Assembly (NCBI GenBank): GCA_963693365.1
Contig: CAVNZM010000004.1
Coordinates: 8,283,093 to 8,347,092, forward strand
Reading direction: 5' to 3'
Origin: Amoebidium appalachense
Taxonomy: Eukaryota; Protista; Ichthyosporea
Length of the DNA: 64,000 nt
Shown: piece by piece, positions 59,793-64,000 of the stretch
Layout of the letters: every line of letters starts with the position of its first letter
Position numbering within the stretch: position 1 is the first letter of the stretch
Notes under the pieces: model-generated
The model's database searches: none
Told to the model about the DNA's origin: nothing
What the model saw: the letters and a program-made list of their open reading frames with translations, nothing else
Program-made: the position numbers and the translations under genes

Positions 59793-62700
59793 GGTAATAA
59801 CAGGCGGAGCCTCAGGGCACAATGCCTTAAGAAGCGCGGGTGGAAGGGCATCCGGACCACAAGCCTTCTTGGGTTTTAGGGCAGAAATAGCACGTTGAAC
59901 GTGTGCAGCATTAAAATAGCCCAAATATTTGCCTGGAAAGGAAGAATCAATCGGCCAGGAAGGTGGTGTGGAGAGTAAAGAATACGAAGGGTGCGTGGAA
60001 GGAGCAGAATTAAGGTGGAATAATTCGGAATAATAGTCATCTGTGGAAGTGAGTGCGTCGGGTTTATCAGGGCTACATGTAATAGACGATGGAAGGGCCA
60101 AATCGTCCTAGACTCTTGAGGGTGGAAATACAAGAATCGTGGCCCACGGGCAGGGGAAGTGTTTGACCTAAGTGACCTAAGGTGAGAGATGGTCGTAACC
60201 TAGCATACGGATATGCGACACTACCGACCACACTATCACCTAGTTCAAATAGAAAATCAACAAGAAGAGAATAACATACCTCGAGGAGATACGGGTCCCT
60301 TCGCTGTCGAGCACCATTCCTGCACGGCTTGCAGGAGGGTGAGGTGAATCTCCTTATAGGCATTTTGAATACTAAGCCGATTGAGTTCATCCTTAAATTT
60401 GCGACCAATAAACCGTTTAGTTACACAAACAATGTGTGGCGAAACAGGAGTGGAAATTTGAATAATAATAGGCTTGTGGTCGGATGCAGTAGAAAGCGCA
60501 GCGTCGGAAAGCGGGGAAAAACGAACGGTTGACGCCCAAATAGAAGCACACTAGTACCAGTCCGTACGATGACGGAGTAGCCTCAATCTGTGGAAGGCGA
60601 AGCCTGAGGTCACGCACGCATTAAAGAACTGCTGAATGGTACGAGCACGGCTATTGTAAAGACGGAAACCGGTGAGTGGAGTCGTAGAATGAGCCTGGGA
60701 TATCGGTGCAATAGAGCAATTGAAGTCACCGATGATTGCATGTGAACGGGGAAGTGACAGTAAGATATGATTGACCTCCGTATCCGAGAGTGAAGGTGGA
60801 AGGTAAACAAACGTGAATACCCGATGCTGAGAAACAATGGAAACATGGAACTCCACGGAATTGACCAATCGGCATGTTAATCAAATGCTACAGCCGGATT
60901 GGCTAATATGGCTATACCTCGGCATCGATAATTGGGTGAATAAACCGACGTGCCAATCAGACAATTGAATTGCTGATTTACAGAAGCTGATGGTGGTTGT
61001 AAAAACATGTTTCAACTAACCCAACAAAGGTGTAAGAGTGTGTCTGCTGAAGAATATGGTGTAACTGTTTATGTTGTAATCCCCGAACATTCCGAAACTA
61101 GACCGATATAGGCTTCACTGAGATTCAGCCGGAAGTTTGTCCAACCAACGTTTGTAGAAGTCAAGAACCCCACGAGAACGCACAGCATGATCCGGCCGGG
61201 CCCCCTTCTCTGCTTCAGCACAAGCATGCTGGAAATACTCAATCTGTTTGCACAGACGCCGACGCAACATAGTAGTTGGCTTGGTCTTGGCGTCCAACAG
61301 TTCCTTCTTCTTGATGTTCCCTTCAGCATCGGGTTGGAAGTCTTTGGGGTCGAGCACCTCAAGGGTGCAACGGCGGAGGTGATCATGAGGGCCGCGGCAT
61401 ACCCGGGATCCACCAATAGCTCAAGAATCTGGCCACCAATGAACGAGTAGGAATGGATAAGACTCGTGCGCACTCGGAGGGCCCGGAAGTCCGCCTTGAT
61501 TTCGCGGATGTAACGACGGAAAAGACGGACATACACCGCGGTGAGGTCAGAGGAGGATTGGCCAGAGGCTGTGCCCGTGCTAGGCTGGACTGGCTGCTTG
61601 GGTGGACGAGCCTTGAGTCGTTGAGCCGCATTCACAAAATCATCAACAAGGTGCACGTTTTGACCGATACTGCGAATGGAGCGAGCCACAGAGCGAAGCT
61701 CATCGGGGCCTTAAGCAACAGCCGCGGCATAAGAACGCTGCTGGGGCTCACGCACCGGCCGAGAAGCGAGTGCATGTGTCGTATCCTAAGGTGTATGTAT
61801 TAGAGACGCGGCACTCTTCTAAGTGTACATACATGGAAAGGAACGAACATGTACGGAAAAACGGTAAAGTTTATTCAGACCAGGCTCCGACGGGCAAACT
61901 TAGATCCGAACGGAATGAGGCTAAGTCACAACTGAGGCCATTTGAAGGCCGTGCCCTACAAGATCATCATCACCTGGCCCCCCTACGATGCCACATTCCA
62001 TACATTCCGATCTAACTTTATCGTGCGCCTGCACGAGCTAAGTCGATCGGCTCACACTAATATAATTATTCAAGTCTCACCCCTCACCCTTCCCCTAGTG
62101 GCACCGCAGAGTCTAATTCTACATTTCATACTATCCCCTCCCCCCCCCTCCCTCCCCCCTTTCTTCTACATCGAAACATATAAATACGTCACGGTTTGGC
62201 AGCATACACTATCAAAACTTGCCAATACTTACAAAGGGCTTCTGCCCGAACTTATCACATTCCAAAGTCCTCCTATGATCTATCCTACACACTAATTAGA
62301 ATTCTATTGGTCGGCTGCCCCGGCTGACGTGGTCCAATGCCCTGCGCCGGCAGAGGCAAGATGCACGCAGCTGTACAGCTATCTTGAGGCCTCGGACTTG
62401 ATCTTGATGATCTGTGGACCCGGGCCACCCCCCCCCCCCCCCCCCCCCGGATCTCGATCGTCGACTTAGGCTGATCTGCTGAGACGGATTAGTATATGTC
62501 AGCATGAGTGGTACCACCGGTCCGGGCAGCAGTATCGCCAACAGCGTCACGGGGAGCAGGGAAAACAGGGGGAATCTGAACAGGAGCAAGCTCAACACGG
62601 ACGGATTCGAATGCTGCTTGAGGAATAGGCCGAGACGAGTCAGGTTGCCGAGGAGTAGACAGCATTGCTTCAAGACGAGAAATCTGCTCGGATATACTCG

Positions 62701-63292
62701 AGACCGTCGCAGTGAGAGCCTTGTTTGCTTCAGTGAGAGACTGGAGTTGCTCATGAAGACGTCGGTTTTCCTCACGCAAATCATCTTCAGTAGCAGAGGA
62801 AATGCGGGGATTCTTGGAGTGGGGCTCTCAGCAGTAGACTCATCATCTGAAGAGGCTGGGTAGCCGTGCTTCTGAGCACCACGAGCTGCAGCGGAATCTT
62901 GAGAGTCCATCTGCATGGGGGTGGAGTTCACAATGGGATCTTTGGGATCTTCCACGGCCAGAGGGGAGTACCGGTTGGTGGCCTCAGCCCCGGCTCCCCG
63001 AGAGCGACTGCCGGGTGTCTTGCTCATAGTGGTGTGTGTGTTACCACGTGTTTTTCACAAAAAAATGAAGTGAGTGTGATATTTGAAAGTGCAACCGTAC
63101 ACAAGATTCAGATTCGTGAAAAGTCAAGTGATGTGATCAACATTGTCCTTGTCAGAGTCGAAACTCCTGAAAGTGCAACCGTACACAAGATTCAGATTCG
63201 CGAAATTTCAAGTGATGTGATCAACTGTTACAACTTGTCAGAGTCGAAACTTGAACTCAAGTGATGTGATCAACAATTTGTCAGAGTCGAAA
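59793..63292 (-). mobile_element. Degenerate non-LTR retrotransposon (LINE), 5' part: repeat-containing 5' UTR, ORF1 remnants, APE endonuclease, start of RT
   Basis: ORF1 from ATG 63027 with a coiled-coil-like stretch (REENRRLHEQLQSLTEANKALT) and 61069-61689; APE motifs FVYLPPS and IIGDFN (60551-60868); RT entry ALKPKKACGPDAL (59760-60101); many frameshifts and stops. Confidence 0.85.
61780..62448 (+). mobile_element. Insertion nested in LINE ORF1, ending in a structured segment and poly(C)
   Basis: Interrupts ORF1 between ~61775 and ~62450; has a 117-codon + strand frame, then hairpins (caagat...atcttg enclosing agctgtacagct; ccggc...gccgg) and a ~20 nt C run; left boundary uncertain. Confidence 0.4.
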
Positions 63293-63293
63293 C
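63085..63293. repeat. Tandem/partial repeats in the LINE 5' UTR
   Basis: gaaagtgcaaccgtacacaagattcagattcg x2; tcaagtgatgtgatcaac x3; ttgtcagagtcgaaac x3. Confidence 0.85.
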
Positions 63294-64000
63294 ACTTTTT
63301 CTCTGCCTTCTATGAGTTGGGATTCATTCCTTCGTTGTGGAATGACACCATCATTAATCCAGTCCGCAAGAAGGTCTCTACTGGTCCGATTTCTTCCTTC
63401 CGGCCAGTCACCTTAACTAACATATTTCGTCGCCTATTCGAGTCCTGCATATTGCGTGCACCTTCCACAACTTGCATGAGACCTTATCGAGTGTCTTCCG
63501 GTTGAGCAACATTCAGGGCGGATTTCGGCGTGCTTATTCGTGCTATACGCATGCTCTTCTATTACACGACACTATGTTCTGGATGTCGCGAGGTATGCTT
63601 TATCGACCTTAAGAATGCCTATTAGTAAGTATGACACGGTTCCAACGAATTTGCTGTGGCACAAGTTGGCCTCTCGAGGGCTACCTCTAAGTTCCCTTTG
63701 GTCGGCTACTTCAGGCGTTATTTGACTGCACCCATGGGGCTGCCGTTGTGAATGGACTACTGAGTAACGGATTCAATCGTACTCAGAGGCCTTTTACAGG
63801 GCTCACTTTTGGGTCGGCCTTCTCTTTGATGTCTTTCAAGTTATTGACAACTTAGCGGCAGAAATTCAACAATTTCCAGTTGCCGGCGACTCTTGTGTCT
63901 CCGGCCTTTTTTTCGCTGATGATATAATTTGTCTTAGTCACTCACGATCCTTCTATCATGAATAACATGCTTTCTCGAGTAGATGACTGGTGCTTCCGAA
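63293..64000 (+). pseudogene. LINE reverse transcriptase, 3' part of the same element, opposite strand, runs off the window
   Basis: IPSLWNDTIINPVRKK, FRPVTLTNIFRRLFE, QGGFRR, FIDLKNAY, RGLLQGS, FFADDI, disrupted by frameshifts. Confidence 0.88.

Noticed and set aside
63085-63293. CRISPR-like spaced repeats
   Set aside because: Eukaryotic context and no unique spacers; these are nested duplications in a LINE 5' UTR.

Overview
Intron-rich eukaryotic genomic DNA whose introns are saturated with poly(C)/poly(G), (CA)n/(GT)n and (CT)n tracts; almost all ORF-track entries are low-complexity artefacts. By manual splicing I find three genes: a GEMIN5 orthologue (+, 5' end upstream of the window, 39 exons traced, stop ~35717), an HMG-box protein with a Pygopus-like PHD finger (-, 38582-44172), and CDK5 (-, 46877-57300, PCTAIRE-type, 11 exons) with a textbook U12 AT-AC intron. 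Mobile DNA: a 5'-truncated Penelope-like retroelement (Naiad/Chlamys-type RT, no C-terminal endonuclease) in a GEMIN5 intron. Its putative long 3' region recurs as a near-identical inverted copy in CDK5 and as about 10 shorter 5'-truncated relatives, all ending at or just before poly(C) rather than poly(A). The two longest versions share a covarying RNA structure (SECIS/k-turn-like tandem G.A core plus a putative pseudoknot). A degenerate APE-RT LINE at the right end shows twin-priming 5' inversion geometry. Main candidates for novelty: the poly(C)-associated PLE system with its structured 3' RNA, the HMG+Pygo-PHD protein, and an apparent splice code in which weak donors are followed by C-runs and acceptors preceded by (CA)n. 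The organism cannot be identified from this window; a non-metazoan amorphean or unicellular holozoan is an inference. Coordinates were read by hand and may be off by a few bases.
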